This document shows, piece after piece, positions 42,501-52,658 of a stretch of DNA of 64,000 bases. The notes beneath the pieces were generated by a model. That model was not told the DNA's origin. It worked only from the letters and a program-made list of their open reading frames with translations, and made no database searches. This stretch comes from a bacterium (GTDB lineage: Bacteria; SAR324; NAC60-12), in the NCBI GenBank assembly GCA_965209155.1, contig OZ242383.1, forward strand, positions 2,432,001 through 2,496,000, written 5' to 3'. A program made the position numbers and the translations under genes. Every line of letters starts with the position of its first letter. Position 1 is the first letter of the stretch.

Positions 42501-45495
42501 CAACGCCCGTGCGGACCCGGACCTGGTCAATGTTTATCGATGCCGGATCCAGGCGTACACCACCCGGGGTGAATTAAAAAAGGCACAGGAAACGGGCGCG
42601 GAGATTCTGGAAAAATTGGGGTATCAACTGAGCCGTCTGTCTCTCGACCAGTGGCAGCAGACCCTCGTACAAATCAAACCCGGCCTGGCCGGTAAAAGCG
42701 TCGCGGACGTGATGCGCTTTGAGCCGCTCACCCAACCGGATGCCGAGGTCCTGGTCCCAATCCTCTATGAACTCCATTTGGCCTATGGCGAGGCTGGGGC
42801 TACTTTGGATGACGGTCTTTGGCAGCCCATCGCTTCAAAACGTATCTCTTTGCTGCTGAATCATTTTCATCCACAATATTCACCCGAATTCTATATTCAC
42901 CTTGGATTTATATATTGCGCGTATATGCAAGATTTTGAATTTGGTTATGAACTCGGTCGTCTGGGCATAAAGCTTATGGAAGCGCTTGATCTGAAGGAAA
43001 TAAACTGTAGAGTTTCCGGGGGTTTCAACGGCTATACCCGGTTCTACCAGGAGCCGCTATCGGCCTCATTGGAGCCCTTGCTGGAAACTCATAAGATGGG
43101 AATCGAAACGGGAAATTTCGTCAATGCCGGTCGTAGCGCCGTCGTAAGGTGTCGTTTAGCGTTTATTTGCGGAAAGGAGCTGAATTGGCTGAAAGGGGAA
43201 TTATCGACGCTGAAGCTTGCTCTCGAGAAGATCGATTATATTATCGGGTCTCGCCATGCCGAAATGCTGACGAAAGCGGTCACGATTCTAATGGAGGAAC
43301 CTGCGAGCCTGTCGACCGGCATCATTGATCAATACCATAGGGTGTCGAGTGCGGAGTACGTCTATCATGATCATAGCCATTTTAATTACCAAAAGCTGGT
43401 GCTGCAAACCCTGTTCGAAGAATACGAAGCAGCCCGTGAGACGGTTTTTGAAATGATCAACCTGATGAAAACCTACAATGATGCCCTGATTGATCCCCTT
43501 GCCAACTGCTACCAATCCCTCGCTCTCCTCGCGCTTTGCGACCAGGGGAGCGAGGGGGAAAAGGAGGAGATCCTCACCCAGGTTAACGACAATCAGGAGA
43601 CCTTGGAGAAGCTGGCGTGCAGTGCCCCGCCTAATTACCGGCACAAGCATCACTTGGTGGAAGCCGAGCGGATGCGGGTTCTGGATGGCAACCCCGATAC
43701 CATTATGCACCACTATGACCAGGCCATCGCTTTGGCCAGAGAGAGCGAATTTATCCACGAGGAAGCCCTGGCCAATGAACTGGCAGCCAGGTTCTTGCTC
43801 AACCAGAGGCAGAACGACGCCGCCAGGGCTTACCTGCGCTCAGCAATGGAGCAGTACGAAGCCTGGGGGGCAAAACGGAAGGTCGCGCACCTGAAGTCTC
43901 GATATCCCGGGTTGATTGTCGATGATCGTGCTGAAGCGGCGTCTCCTTCGGCCAACCTGGACCTGGGGACGATGCTCAAAGCCTCGGAAGCCATCTCCAG
44001 TACCCTCGAGTTGGAACCACTGCTGGAGATCCTGCTTGGCATTCTCATAGAAAATGCCGGGGCCCAGACAGCAACCCTGATTCTGGAAACCGAAGGTCAG
44101 TCTCTCATCGCTGCCCGCGGGAGTGCCGAACAAGTCGAATGTTTTCTACCGCTTTCCCTGCCTGTGGAAAAGGCCGAATCCCTCTCCCTCTCGGTCATAT
44201 CCTGGGTGAAACAAACCCGGGAGCACCTGGTTTTAGACAACGCCGCTCACGAGGAACAGTTTGCCGGGGATGATTATATTAAACGGGAACGTCCTAAATC
44301 CATCCTGTGCGCACCGATCACTCATCAGTCCGCCTTGAGCGGAATCATTTACCTGGAAAATAACCTGGTTGAGGGAGCCTTCACCTCCCGGCGATTCGAG
44401 GTGGTCAAGCACCTTAGCTCCCAGATCGCCATTTCCCTGGAAAACGCCAGGCTTCACGAAAACCTCAAAAAGGCGATGGACGAGCTGAAAGCGAGCGAAA
44501 CCTCCCTGCGTCAGGAGAATATCCTCCTGAAGGCCAACATCAAGGAGCGTTATCGGTTCGGAAAGATCATCGGCAAAAGCCCCGTGATGCAGGAGATTTA
44601 TGAATTGATCTTAAAGGCGGCGGCTAGCGATGCGGGTGTCATTGTCTATGGTGAATCAGGGACCGGTAAAGAATTGGTGGCTGAAGCTATCCATAAGATG
44701 AGTGATAGAAAAGAAAAACCCTTTGTGACCGTCAACGCTGGTGCTGTTCCGGAAAACCTCTTGGAAAGCGAGTTTTTCGGCTACAAAAAAGGGGCCTTTA
44801 CCGGCGCCAATGCCGATAAGCGCGGCCTGCTCCAACAGGCAGACAAAGGTACGCTTTTCCTGGATGAATTGGGTGAAATCGGCCCCAATCTGCAAGCCAA
44901 ACTGCTGCGTGCTATTGAGGGCAGAGGGTTCACGCCAGTAGGCGGACTTGAAGCGGAAACCTCCGATTTTCGCGTCATTGCTGCCACCAATCAGGATTTA
45001 AAACAACAAATGAAAAAAGGATTGATGCGGAAGGATTTCTTCTACCGCATCCACATTATCCCCATTCACTTGCCGCCTCTCCGGGAACGTAAAGAGGACA
45101 TCCCCCTGTTGATCGAGCATTTTATGCAAAACTACCCTTCCTCAAAGAACCAGCCCACAATCACTGCCGGTGTCATGGAAGCTCTGACTTCCTATGATTG
45201 GCCGGGAAACGTCAGGGAACTGATCAACACCATGCATCGCTACCTGACGCTCAAGAAACTTGACTTCCTCGATACCTCTTTACTCGATACCAGCCAAACA
45301 GAACCACCGGTCTCGATTGAGGCGCGTGAAACCAATGAAACCTTAGATGCCACCATGAAGCGACTCGAAAAACTGTATTTGACCAGGGTGCTGGACGATA
45401 ATGACTGGCAACAGAGCAAAGTTTCAGCCCTTCTCGGGGTTGATCGTAAAACGTTGTATCGAAAAATAAACCAATACCATCTCAAACCCTCATAA
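39595..45495 (+). CDS. Giant sigma54 activator, copy 1: integrase arm-binding domain + pseudokinase + STAND-type ATPase + helical/TPR + GAF + bEBP AAA+ + Fis HTH
   Basis: WDTELPMFG...TIG.HG...AR..AR...[94 protein letters not shown]. Confidence 0.92.
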   Translation: MKDKITKQAVESLKPGSKDRILWDTELPMFGCKITPKGRRVYLLQYRIKGRQRRYTIGTHGVLIAREARNIARNLLHEVVLGHDPADAKMNKGDQTDGMIQNRSQRRKQQVVKPKASHTRGNPRKSAAKANKAAPGPPEPIVNKTKSISNPDKPEIPGYSLEEVIFESSRTWLWRGRRQSDGLSVLIKGPSSQQSAQDLAEIRHEYEITRDLEIDGVLKAEELVQCENGWTLILENTDALPLRKLMDTARLDLLDSLKVALSLTSTLKEVHQQGLLHKMINPLNIFVDPASGTVKLSGFGLATRLPRENLATLSPQLSGETLPYISPEQTGRMNRPLDYRSDFYSLGATLYELFSGRVPFGSREAMEIIHAHIARQTPPPDEIEPQIPRVLSRLVMKLMAKRAEARYQSHSGLSADLLACVEQLENQGSLSDFPLARLDIPKELQIAPGLYGRKDEITALEAALERVSQGATEMVLISGSAGVGKTALVGEIHQSVAQKNGFFLSGKFDQLRHNIPYSALIQALRGLIREISVANKSGMERWKNRIRTALGANGQLVTRVIPELELMIGPQPPLPEMGALESRNRFTAVLLEFIGLFCEKTHPLVIFLDDLQWVDVDTLKLVERIARDPERKPLLFLGAYRDNEVEADHRLSISCEVIKKTGQPLQTIPLKSLNPENISQLLVHTCHCRPEEAKPLAELLARKTGGNPFFVGQFLTVLSEKGLIGYSPEEKRWTWDLAAIEFLAVTENVVEMLVDRLHRFSAETRRLLSLAACIGNTFDLESLELISGEEGGEINENLLPALETGLILGFSRAPQLDNPTDGASAESSSYKFLHDRVQQAAYALIAQKERKPVHLQIGQTLLKQYAPEKAEDLLFDIVHHLNLARRVKDKWKERSQLAELNLEAGLKARAASAFEQALEYFTIGLELLGAAAWKRQYSLALSLHEAATEMSSLCGRFELMEKLAGAVKDNARADPDLVNVYRCRIQAYTTRGELKKAQETGAEILEKLGYQLSRLSLDQWQQTLVQIKPGLAGKSVADVMRFEPLTQPDAEVLVPILYELHLAYGEAGATLDDGLWQPIASKRISLLLNHFHPQYSPEFYIHLGFIYCAYMQDFEFGYELGRLGIKLMEALDLKEINCRVSGGFNGYTRFYQEPLSASLEPLLETHKMGIETGNFVNAGRSAVVRCRLAFICGKELNWLKGELSTLKLALEKIDYIIGSRHAEMLTKAVTILMEEPASLSTGIIDQYHRVSSAEYVYHDHSHFNYQKLVLQTLFEEYEAARETVFEMINLMKTYNDALIDPLANCYQSLALLALCDQGSEGEKEEILTQVNDNQETLEKLACSAPPNYRHKHHLVEAERMRVLDGNPDTIMHHYDQAIALARESEFIHEEALANELAARFLLNQRQNDAARAYLRSAMEQYEAWGAKRKVAHLKSRYPGLIVDDRAEAASPSANLDLGTMLKASEAISSTLELEPLLEILLGILIENAGAQTATLILETEGQSLIAARGSAEQVECFLPLSLPVEKAESLSLSVISWVKQTREHLVLDNAAHEEQFAGDDYIKRERPKSILCAPITHQSALSGIIYLENNLVEGAFTSRRFEVVKHLSSQIAISLENARLHENLKKAMDELKASETSLRQENILLKANIKERYRFGKIIGKSPVMQEIYELILKAAASDAGVIVYGESGTGKELVAEAIHKMSDRKEKPFVTVNAGAVPENLLESEFFGYKKGAFTGANADKRGLLQQADKGTLFLDELGEIGPNLQAKLLRAIEGRGFTPVGGLEAETSDFRVIAATNQDLKQQMKKGLMRKDFFYRIHIIPIHLPPLRERKEDIPLLIEHFMQNYPSSKNQPTITAGVMEALTSYDWPGNVRELINTMHRYLTLKKLDFLDTSLLDTSQTEPPVSIEARETNETLDATMKRLEKLYLTRVLDDNDWQQSKVSALLGVDRKTLYRKINQYHLKPS

Positions 45496-45531
45496 AGGAA
45501 GACGGTTGTTAAAAAATATATTCGCTAGCTG

Positions 45532-45849
45532 CTATGATGGTTTTGGCTTTCTTGTTTCTAAAATTGGTTCTAACAAGCGTTTACCATGAATGATGGCAAG
45601 GATCTGGATTGTATGATCAGGCACTTGGTAAATGATTCGATAATTATAAACAAACACTTCTCGGATAGTATCATCCTCCCATTCGGGAACTCTTCGTCCG
45701 ATGAAAGGATGCTGAGGTAAATCTTTCACGGCCTCTAATATTTTTGTCACCACATTTGCTGCATAAGCAGGGGAATCCTGGGCAATATAGGCAGCCAAAT
45801 TATCAACGTCTTTTTGTGCTTCAGAAGACCAGATTATTTGAGCAACCAT
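45532..45849 (-). CDS. RelE/ParE-family toxin
   Basis: IIWSSEAQKD, YIAQDSP, GRRVPE, REVFVYNYRIIY, IIHGKR. Confidence 0.88.
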   Translation of the reverse strand: MVAQIIWSSEAQKDVDNLAAYIAQDSPAYAANVVTKILEAVKDLPQHPFIGRRVPEWEDDTIREVFVYNYRIIYQVPDHTIQILAIIHGKRLLEPILETRKPKPS

Positions 45850-46022
45850 TTGTCTAATCGCCTTTCTACTTCTTCCTGAGTCAATGTCTCCCCTTTTTCA
45901 ACAGATGTGAGCCCTCTTCTGATTTTTTCCAATACATAGAGGTGGTATTGAATATCTTCCAAAGAACAATCTTCTGGAAGTCGATCTAACAAAGCGGCTA
46001 CTTCTCGCTTCGCAGTTTGCAT
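45834..46022 (-). CDS. Antitoxin partner of the RelE/ParE toxin
   Basis: LPEDCSLEDIQYHLYVLEKIRRGL; overlaps the toxin start; AAAGGGG SD. Confidence 0.85.
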   Translation of the reverse strand: MQTAKREVAALLDRLPEDCSLEDIQYHLYVLEKIRRGLTSVEKGETLTQEEVERRLDKWLLK

Positions 46023-46145
46023 AAAGCCCCTTTCAAATAAATAACTGTGAATCTTAACGATTTTTTGCATTGATGTTGAGCAGTTTGATGTAGATTACCT
46101 TATCACATCATGAGATGTAAAAGGAGATAAAAGATTGGTTTCGTT

Positions 46146-46239
46146 TTCCTCGATACCTCTTTAATCGATGACAGCCAAACAGAACCACCGGTCTCGATTG
46201 AGGAGAGTGAAACCAATGAACCCTCTAAAACCTTCATAG
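46146..46239 (+). pseudogene. Internally deleted relic of the giant activator 3' end
   Basis: Matches 45265-45342, then jumps to the last ~16 bp of the gene. Confidence 0.85.
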
Positions 46240-46560
46240 ATCAAATGGGGCATATCTGCCCCGTGAAGGGGCATATCTGCCCCAATCTAGGATTAGTTTT
46301 TAATATCAATGCATTACTGCCGAAAATCCATCATTTTTTATGTTTACATGTGGCAAAACTGCCCCATTTTACCAAAAAATCACCTCAAAACGGGCAGCCC
46401 TCTTTCCCACAGATCGCCTCAGCCCCCACCAATCCTGCGTTTCGAGCGGATGGCATGACTTTTGAAGCTAAAGACTCCTGGCAGGGGGGCAACGATTTAC
46501 GTGGTTAAGCGAAACATTACACTGAAAACCCGATGAAAGGAGGAAATGCCTATGGAATAA
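46240..46560 (+). promoter_or_regulatory. Sigma54 promoter region, copy 1 (UAS palindromes, IHF site, -24/-12 box)
   Basis: GGGGCATATCTGCCCC at 46247 and 46268, variant at 46350; TATCAATGCATTA at 46304; TGGCATGACTTTTGAA at 46451. Confidence 0.85.
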
Positions 46561-46764
46561 AACCCGTTTTGAAACAGCTGATAGACGCGTGAGAGCGTCA
46601 TTTTGTCATTTATTTTTAAGGAGAATCTTATGAAATCGAAAATCGCTATTCTGTTAATGCCATTTATTCATTCATTATATAAGGAGAATCTTATGAAAAC
46701 AAAAATCGCAATTCTAAACAACCCTTCATCTTGGCTTTTTAATCAAAAAGCAGAAAGGAATCAG

Positions 46765-48549
46765 ATGAATCGAAAAAAAAGCAAATCAACCTTCAGTACA
46801 ACCCTGCTGGCCCTCATGCTGGTCCTCCTCCTGGGAGGAGCAGGCTTCTTGGGCAGCCCGGCCTGGGCAGCCGATTGGAGAAAAATAAATTGTTATTCGT
46901 CGGAGGAGGCAAAGAACGCCGGGCCGCAATACGGTGGGAGTATTACATTCCTGGACGGATTTGGGGGGGCTTTTCCGCCTACAGCCTGGAACCAAGGAGA
47001 AGGCAGTTCGTGGACGGCAAGTATTTATCATGATCCGATGTATGAGACCCTTTTGGCTAATGACACTGTGCTTAAGGGGCCATGCGGCACAGGGGAATCT
47101 GAATTTTATCACTCTAATTCAGGACCTTTGGAAGTGATGACAGGTAAATTGGCTGAAAGATGGGAGTTACCCGATCCGCAAACACTTATATGGCATCTAC
47201 GTCGGGGAATCCTGTGGGCGGGTAAGCCGGGAGTCATGGAATCAAGGGAGCTGGTAGCGGAGGATATCGTTAAAAGCTATGAATTGGGTTGGAAGCGCTA
47301 TCCGGATGTGTCCACTACTAAAGACGTGGTGTCGATGACAGCTAAGGATAGGTACACGGTTGTACTAAAGACTAAACAACTAAAAGAATTTGAAGTTAAC
47401 TATGGAACCCAGGGTTGGCTTGGGAACGTCATCGTACCTGCTGAGGTGGGGGACGAGGCTATGAAAGACTGGAAGACTCATGTGGGGCTGGGGACAGGCC
47501 CGTTTTTTCTCGAGGACTTTGTGGAAGGCAGCTATGTATCTTACGTAAGGAATCCCAATTACTGGAACAGTTACGTATTCAATGACAAGAAATACGAGAT
47601 CCCGTTTATCGACCGCCTGGTAAAAACTCTAATACAGGATAAATCCTCCCAGGTCGCTGCGTTACGAACAGGGAAGATTGACGTGTACGATGTACTCGAA
47701 AAAAAGTTCGTCGACTCGGTAAAAAGATCGGCTCCTGAAATAAAGATTAAAGAGAGAGTGGCGGAGAGAGCCTGGAGAATGGGCTTTAGGCTGGATGTGA
47801 AGCCCTTTGACGATCTCAGGGTGCGCAGAGCAATGAGCATGGCTATAGATCGAGAAGCCTTTATCAATACCATTCAGGGAGGTAAAGGAGAGATTTTAAA
47901 CGCTGAGATCCATTCAGGACATACAGAGACTTTTTATACGCCTCTGGAGAAGATGCCGAAAGAAGTTCAGGAGAATTTTTCGTATAACCCTGAGCTTGCG
48001 AGGCAACTATTAGCCGAGGCAGGCTACCCGAATGGTTTCGAAACTACCATACAAGCAAATGCACGGGAGCCTGAGCGAGATGTGGTGTCTTTTCTGGCAG
48101 CTATGTGGAAGGATATCGGAATCGACGTTAAAATTGATCTGCGGGATGCGTCTGTTTTGAATGGAATACTTGTTAAAAATGAGCATGCGCCGCTTACTTT
48201 TCTTGCTAACTCAGTTTTGCTGGCCGGATCTACTTTGCATATTTATACAATGGATGAGTCTAATACTTATCAAGTCAACGTAGTTGATGACCTTGAAATA
48301 AACGAGGCTTATGAAAAGTGGGTAAGCACACCGGACCCCGTTAAAGCGAACAAGATCCTAAAGGATTGGAACGTGTTGTGGCATAAGAAAGTTTATAATG
48401 CCTATTTACCAACTCCATATGTATCCGTGGCTTACTGGCCATGGGTAGAGAACTACGCCGGCGAAGTCAATGAAAGCTCTTCTATGTCTGTAGGCGGGAT
48501 TTTCGCTCGTGCCTGGATCAACAGCGATTTAAAGGCAGAAATACAGTAA
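46765..48549 (+). CDS. ABC transporter substrate-binding protein, family 5 (Opp/Dpp-like), orphan
   Basis: Signal peptide ending AWA, PQYGG, LAERWE, GTGPF, RVRRAMSMAIDR, LLAEAGYPNGF; alternative in-frame ATGs at 46630 and 46693. Confidence 0.9.
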   Translation: MNRKKSKSTFSTTLLALMLVLLLGGAGFLGSPAWAADWRKINCYSSEEAKNAGPQYGGSITFLDGFGGAFPPTAWNQGEGSSWTASIYHDPMYETLLANDTVLKGPCGTGESEFYHSNSGPLEVMTGKLAERWELPDPQTLIWHLRRGILWAGKPGVMESRELVAEDIVKSYELGWKRYPDVSTTKDVVSMTAKDRYTVVLKTKQLKEFEVNYGTQGWLGNVIVPAEVGDEAMKDWKTHVGLGTGPFFLEDFVEGSYVSYVRNPNYWNSYVFNDKKYEIPFIDRLVKTLIQDKSSQVAALRTGKIDVYDVLEKKFVDSVKRSAPEIKIKERVAERAWRMGFRLDVKPFDDLRVRRAMSMAIDREAFINTIQGGKGEILNAEIHSGHTETFYTPLEKMPKEVQENFSYNPELARQLLAEAGYPNGFETTIQANAREPERDVVSFLAAMWKDIGIDVKIDLRDASVLNGILVKNEHAPLTFLANSVLLAGSTLHIYTMDESNTYQVNVVDDLEINEAYEKWVSTPDPVKANKILKDWNVLWHKKVYNAYLPTPYVSVAYWPWVENYAGEVNESSSMSVGGIFARAWINSDLKAEIQ

Positions 48550-48564
48550 TGAGCCCATCGGGGA

Positions 48565-49659
48565 ATGGAGCGATCTCATTCCCCGATTATGAAAAGAAAA
48601 GGAATGATGATGCTTACCAAAAAACGGTTAGAATGGCGCACTTGGGAGGATTGGAAAAAAATCGCCTCTCAGCAGATCGAAGCGCGTGGCCTCACAAAAA
48701 ATCTCGAAGAGATTGAAGCACAGGGATTCACCGTGATCTCCCCTGAGCAAATGGGCGACCCTCGCTTGTTTGAGCAAACCAAAGAAGCGCTCTTAGGGGT
48801 TGGAGAAGAAATCACCGGGGTGCGACCCAATGAGGAGACCGGGGAACATGGTTTCACCGACTGCACGGGTACCACCCCAACCCAAAATATGTACCACGGG
48901 ATTCTAGAAAAGGATCCGATTTTTGAGGAAATCATCCAGCATCCCCTGACTCTGCCCTTGATCGATTACTACCTGGGTCCCGGTTACCTGCTTTCCGGGT
49001 TCAGCGGGATTGTCAAATGGCAGGGCCGGGAGGGCTATGGGGATGCAATTTACTTAAATCAAGGGGGCTTACATGCCGATATGAACATGTATCCTTTTGA
49101 ACCGTTGCCCGATCCCCCCATGAGGTTCAATACAGCCTGGTGTCTGAGTGATTATACCAAAGACAACGGGGCACTGTCGGTCCTGCCGGGATCCCATAAA
49201 CTCCGCCGCCACCCCAAGCCGGGGGAGGGGATGGATCAGGCCATCGCTGTCGAAGCACCCGCGGGTTCGGTCATTGTTTTCCACGGGGGCCTCTGGCACG
49301 GAGCCTTCCCTCGGATCAATCCAGGTTTACGATTGAACGTCTTCTCTTGCTATGATGCCTTCTACTGCCGCACGATGGAGCATTACCCCAACCGGATTTC
49401 GGAAGAATGTCTGGCTCGCAATGGGGAGCGGTTCCGTCAACTGCTCAACATTGATGATCTCTATGGCCATGAGGATCATCGGGGCCCCATTCCCCGGCGG
49501 GAACGAGCCTCCGGAAAAACGTACAGCCAAATCATGAATCAGATCGTCACCCACCATGGGAAAAAGTATCGCGTTGAGAATGACGACCGCATCGTCAATT
49601 GGGGGGCAATGCGCTACATCCCCATCGATGACGAAGAAAATGAGGAAGGGACCCTATGA
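48565..49659 (+). CDS. PhyH family Fe(II)/2OG oxygenase
   Basis: LHAD, NGALSVLPGSH, LWHG..R; true start may be ~48604-48610. Confidence 0.85.
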   Translation: MERSHSPIMKRKGMMMLTKKRLEWRTWEDWKKIASQQIEARGLTKNLEEIEAQGFTVISPEQMGDPRLFEQTKEALLGVGEEITGVRPNEETGEHGFTDCTGTTPTQNMYHGILEKDPIFEEIIQHPLTLPLIDYYLGPGYLLSGFSGIVKWQGREGYGDAIYLNQGGLHADMNMYPFEPLPDPPMRFNTAWCLSDYTKDNGALSVLPGSHKLRRHPKPGEGMDQAIAVEAPAGSVIVFHGGLWHGAFPRINPGLRLNVFSCYDAFYCRTMEHYPNRISEECLARNGERFRQLLNIDDLYGHEDHRGPIPRRERASGKTYSQIMNQIVTHHGKKYRVENDDRIVNWGAMRYIPIDDEENEEGTL

Positions 49660-50435
49660 AACGTTTCGAGGAGAAAGTGGCTATTGTCACGGGGGGGGCT
49701 CAAGGGATTGGGGAAGCAACCACCCGGAGACTCGCCAACGAGGGTGCCATGACGGCCATTCTGGACATCCAGCTTGAGAAAGCACAGGCGGTGGCTGAGG
49801 AGATCCTCTCCCAGGGAGGAAAAAAGTCGATTGCGGTGAGGATGGATATTACCGACAGCCAGGAGGTGAAGCGCGCCGTCCGGGAGGTTGAAGATACCTT
49901 TGGAAGAGTTGACGTCATGATAAACAATGTCGGTGGGGATGAATTCGGGCTTTTCATTGAGAGTACCGAGGAGAGCTGGGATTGGAAAATAGCGCTGAAT
50001 CTCAGGGGACCCATGACGGTGACCAAAGCCGTCCTGGAGGGGATGATCCCCAGAAAGTATGGCAGGATTGTCAATATGAGTTCTGATGCAGGTCGGGAAG
50101 GGGAGTTCGGTGAAGCGGCTTATGGAGCCACCAAAGCTGGGATCATCGCCTTGACCAAGGCCTGGGCACGAGAACTCATGGAACATAATATCACGGTGAA
50201 CAGTGTTTCCCCTTTCGCCCAGACTCCTGGAAGTGATCTTTTTGTGGAGCACATGCAAAAGGGTGATTCAAATGCTCTAAAAAATCGTCCTCCCAGCACT
50301 CCTAAATTGTATAGAAAAACGGGCATAGGGACACCTGAGGAAATGGCCGCGGCTGTGGCTTTCTTTGCCTCGGACGAAGCCAGCTATATTACCGGACAGA
50401 CCCTCAGTGTGAATGGGGGGAGGTTTATGTTTTGA
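49656..50435 (+). CDS. Short-chain dehydrogenase/reductase
   Basis: TGGAQGIG, NNVG, YGATK, ITGQTLSVNGG; ATGA coupling. Confidence 0.92.
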   Translation: MKRFEEKVAIVTGGAQGIGEATTRRLANEGAMTAILDIQLEKAQAVAEEILSQGGKKSIAVRMDITDSQEVKRAVREVEDTFGRVDVMINNVGGDEFGLFIESTEESWDWKIALNLRGPMTVTKAVLEGMIPRKYGRIVNMSSDAGREGEFGEAAYGATKAGIIALTKAWARELMEHNITVNSVSPFAQTPGSDLFVEHMQKGDSNALKNRPPSTPKLYRKTGIGTPEEMAAAVAFFASDEASYITGQTLSVNGGRFMF

Positions 50436-50481
50436 AAAAGAAATTGATGAAAACGTTAAGATTATAATAGGGTGAAAAAGT

Positions 50482-52512
50482 GTGGAAAAAGTAAAGTGGG
50501 GGATCATCGGTACAGGAACCATTGCCCAAGCTTTTGCCCAAGGAATCATGCAATCGCAAACCAGTGTCTTGACTGCCGTTGCAAGCCGAAGCAATACGAA
50601 AGCAATCGCTTTCGTTGAAAAAAACAAATGCCCCCAAACAAAAGCCTATGGAAAATATGATTCCTTGTTAGCGGACTCGGAGGTGGAAGCGGTCTACATT
50701 GCTTTACCTCATGTCTATCATGCTGAATGGAGTATGAAAGCCGCCCAGGCACAGAAACATATCTTATGTGAAAAGCCTGCCACGGTGAATCATCCCGAAG
50801 CGATGATCGTGTGGGATGCCATCACAAAAAATAAGGTGTGCTTCATGGAAGGGTTCATGTACCGCTTCCATCCACAAATGCAAAAAATAGCTGAATTGAT
50901 TCAGTCTCACCAGATTGGTAAAGTCAACATCATCCAAAGCAATTTTGGATTGACTCGTACGATCACCCCCCAAAGTCGCTTATACTCCAAGGAATTAGCA
51001 GGAGGCGGGATCCTGGAGGTTGGCTGTTATCCAGTTTCGCTATCCAGGTGGATCGCTGGTCTGGCAAACCAGCTTCCCTGTCTCGAGCCTGTAAAAGTCG
51101 AAAGCATCGCCCAAATCGGAGCAACAGGAGTGGATGAATGGGCAACGGCAACGCTATTGTTTCCAGGTGATATTGTTGCGCAAATTGCGACTGGCATTCG
51201 TAGTGAACAAGAAAACTCACTCAGGGTTTTTGGTGAAACGGGAGCCCTTGTGGTTCCTGATCCCTGGTATGGAGGTGGAAACACAGAAGGGCAATGTGAA
51301 ATTCACCTTTACCGTGATCAACAAATCGAAGAAACCTTTACTTTTAAAACAGATCAAAGTCTGTACACATCAGAAATGGATGCATTTGCTGCAGAAATCA
51401 GAGGAGATGAGGCGCCCTTTCCCATTATTCCTGTTGAAGATACTTTAGGAAATATGAATACCCTGGATCAGTGGCGTCACGAAATTGAACTCAGCTACCC
51501 TTTTGAGTCAGCAAATGCTTATAAACACCCTACCAACAAAGGAAGCTTAAGAAAAAAACCTCAGAACGACATGATCTATGGATCAATTCCAGGAGTCACT
51601 CAACCGGTATCGCGTTTGATCATGGGGGTTGATAATCAGAAATCAGTTCCCCATGCATTTGCCATGTTTGATGATTATTTTGAAAGAGGAGGCAATGCTT
51701 TTGATACTTCTCATTTTTATGTTGGTTTTGAAGGGGGACATTGTGAAAGCCTCATGGGCGACTGGATGAAAAATCGCGCAGTGCGAGAAGAGATTGTATT
51801 GATCAGTAAAGGCGCTCATACGCCCAATTGTACTCCCGCTGGAATGGCAGAAGAATTCAGGGAGAGCTTAGAGCGTCTGCAAACGGATTATGCCGATATC
51901 TATATTCTCCATCGCGACAACGTGGAGGTCCCTGTCGGCGAATTTGTCGAGGTGCTTTATCAACATCTGCAATCAGGAAAAATCAAAGCGTATGGAGGTT
52001 CCAATTGGTCGATTCAACGGGTGGCGGAAGCCAATGCTTATGCCGAAAAGTATGGAATGCAGCCCTTCAGTGTTTTGAGCAATCAATTTAGCTTGGCCCA
52101 AATGGTTGAACCCGTTTGGGAGGGCTGTTTGTCAGCATCCGATCCTGGTTCTATTGAATGGCTCAAAAACCATCCTGTTTCCCTGTTGGCATGGTCCAGT
52201 CAAGCAAGAGGTTTTTTTACGGAACAAGCTGGAAGAACTAAAACCAATGACCATAATTTTGTTCGATTTTGGTCACGGATCAACAGTGACGCGAATTTTA
52301 GAAGGCGAGATCGAGCCTTCGAAATGGCTAAAGCAAAGGGGGTGAAAGCGATCAATATCGCTTTAGCCTACGTCTTAAGTCAACCTTTTGAAGCTTTTGC
52401 CTTGATTGGACCTCGTTTCATTTCTGAAACTGCCAGTTCTTTTGAAAGCTTGAAAATCCAGCTAACCCCTTCAGAGTTAAAGTGGCTGAATTTAGAGCAA
52501 GATGAGCAATGA
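50482..52512 (+). CDS. Gfo/Idh/MocA oxidoreductase fused to an aldo-keto reductase
   Basis: WGIIGTGTIA, CEKP, GGGILEVGCY; then FDTSHFY, SKGAH, LHRD, GGSNW, AWSSQARG. Confidence 0.9.
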   Translation: MEKVKWGIIGTGTIAQAFAQGIMQSQTSVLTAVASRSNTKAIAFVEKNKCPQTKAYGKYDSLLADSEVEAVYIALPHVYHAEWSMKAAQAQKHILCEKPATVNHPEAMIVWDAITKNKVCFMEGFMYRFHPQMQKIAELIQSHQIGKVNIIQSNFGLTRTITPQSRLYSKELAGGGILEVGCYPVSLSRWIAGLANQLPCLEPVKVESIAQIGATGVDEWATATLLFPGDIVAQIATGIRSEQENSLRVFGETGALVVPDPWYGGGNTEGQCEIHLYRDQQIEETFTFKTDQSLYTSEMDAFAAEIRGDEAPFPIIPVEDTLGNMNTLDQWRHEIELSYPFESANAYKHPTNKGSLRKKPQNDMIYGSIPGVTQPVSRLIMGVDNQKSVPHAFAMFDDYFERGGNAFDTSHFYVGFEGGHCESLMGDWMKNRAVREEIVLISKGAHTPNCTPAGMAEEFRESLERLQTDYADIYILHRDNVEVPVGEFVEVLYQHLQSGKIKAYGGSNWSIQRVAEANAYAEKYGMQPFSVLSNQFSLAQMVEPVWEGCLSASDPGSIEWLKNHPVSLLAWSSQARGFFTEQAGRTKTNDHNFVRFWSRINSDANFRRRDRAFEMAKAKGVKAINIALAYVLSQPFEAFALIGPRFISETASSFESLKIQLTPSELKWLNLEQDEQ

Positions 52513-52658
52513 TGAACACCCAAGAAGTACAGTGCCTAGCAGGCAATAACTAATACCAAAGCGCATCCGCATTATCAATAGAAGGTCACGGGATGAATCA
52601 CATTTCTTGAAAAAAAATACAGGGACAGTTACCAACACCGCAACAGGAGTGGCTAAGC

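Noticed and set aside
52500..52575. Lipoprotein-signal-like peptide MRMRFGISYCLLGTVLLGC on the minus strand
   Set aside because: It stops within a few codons and has no supporting SD; chance or an unassignable relic.
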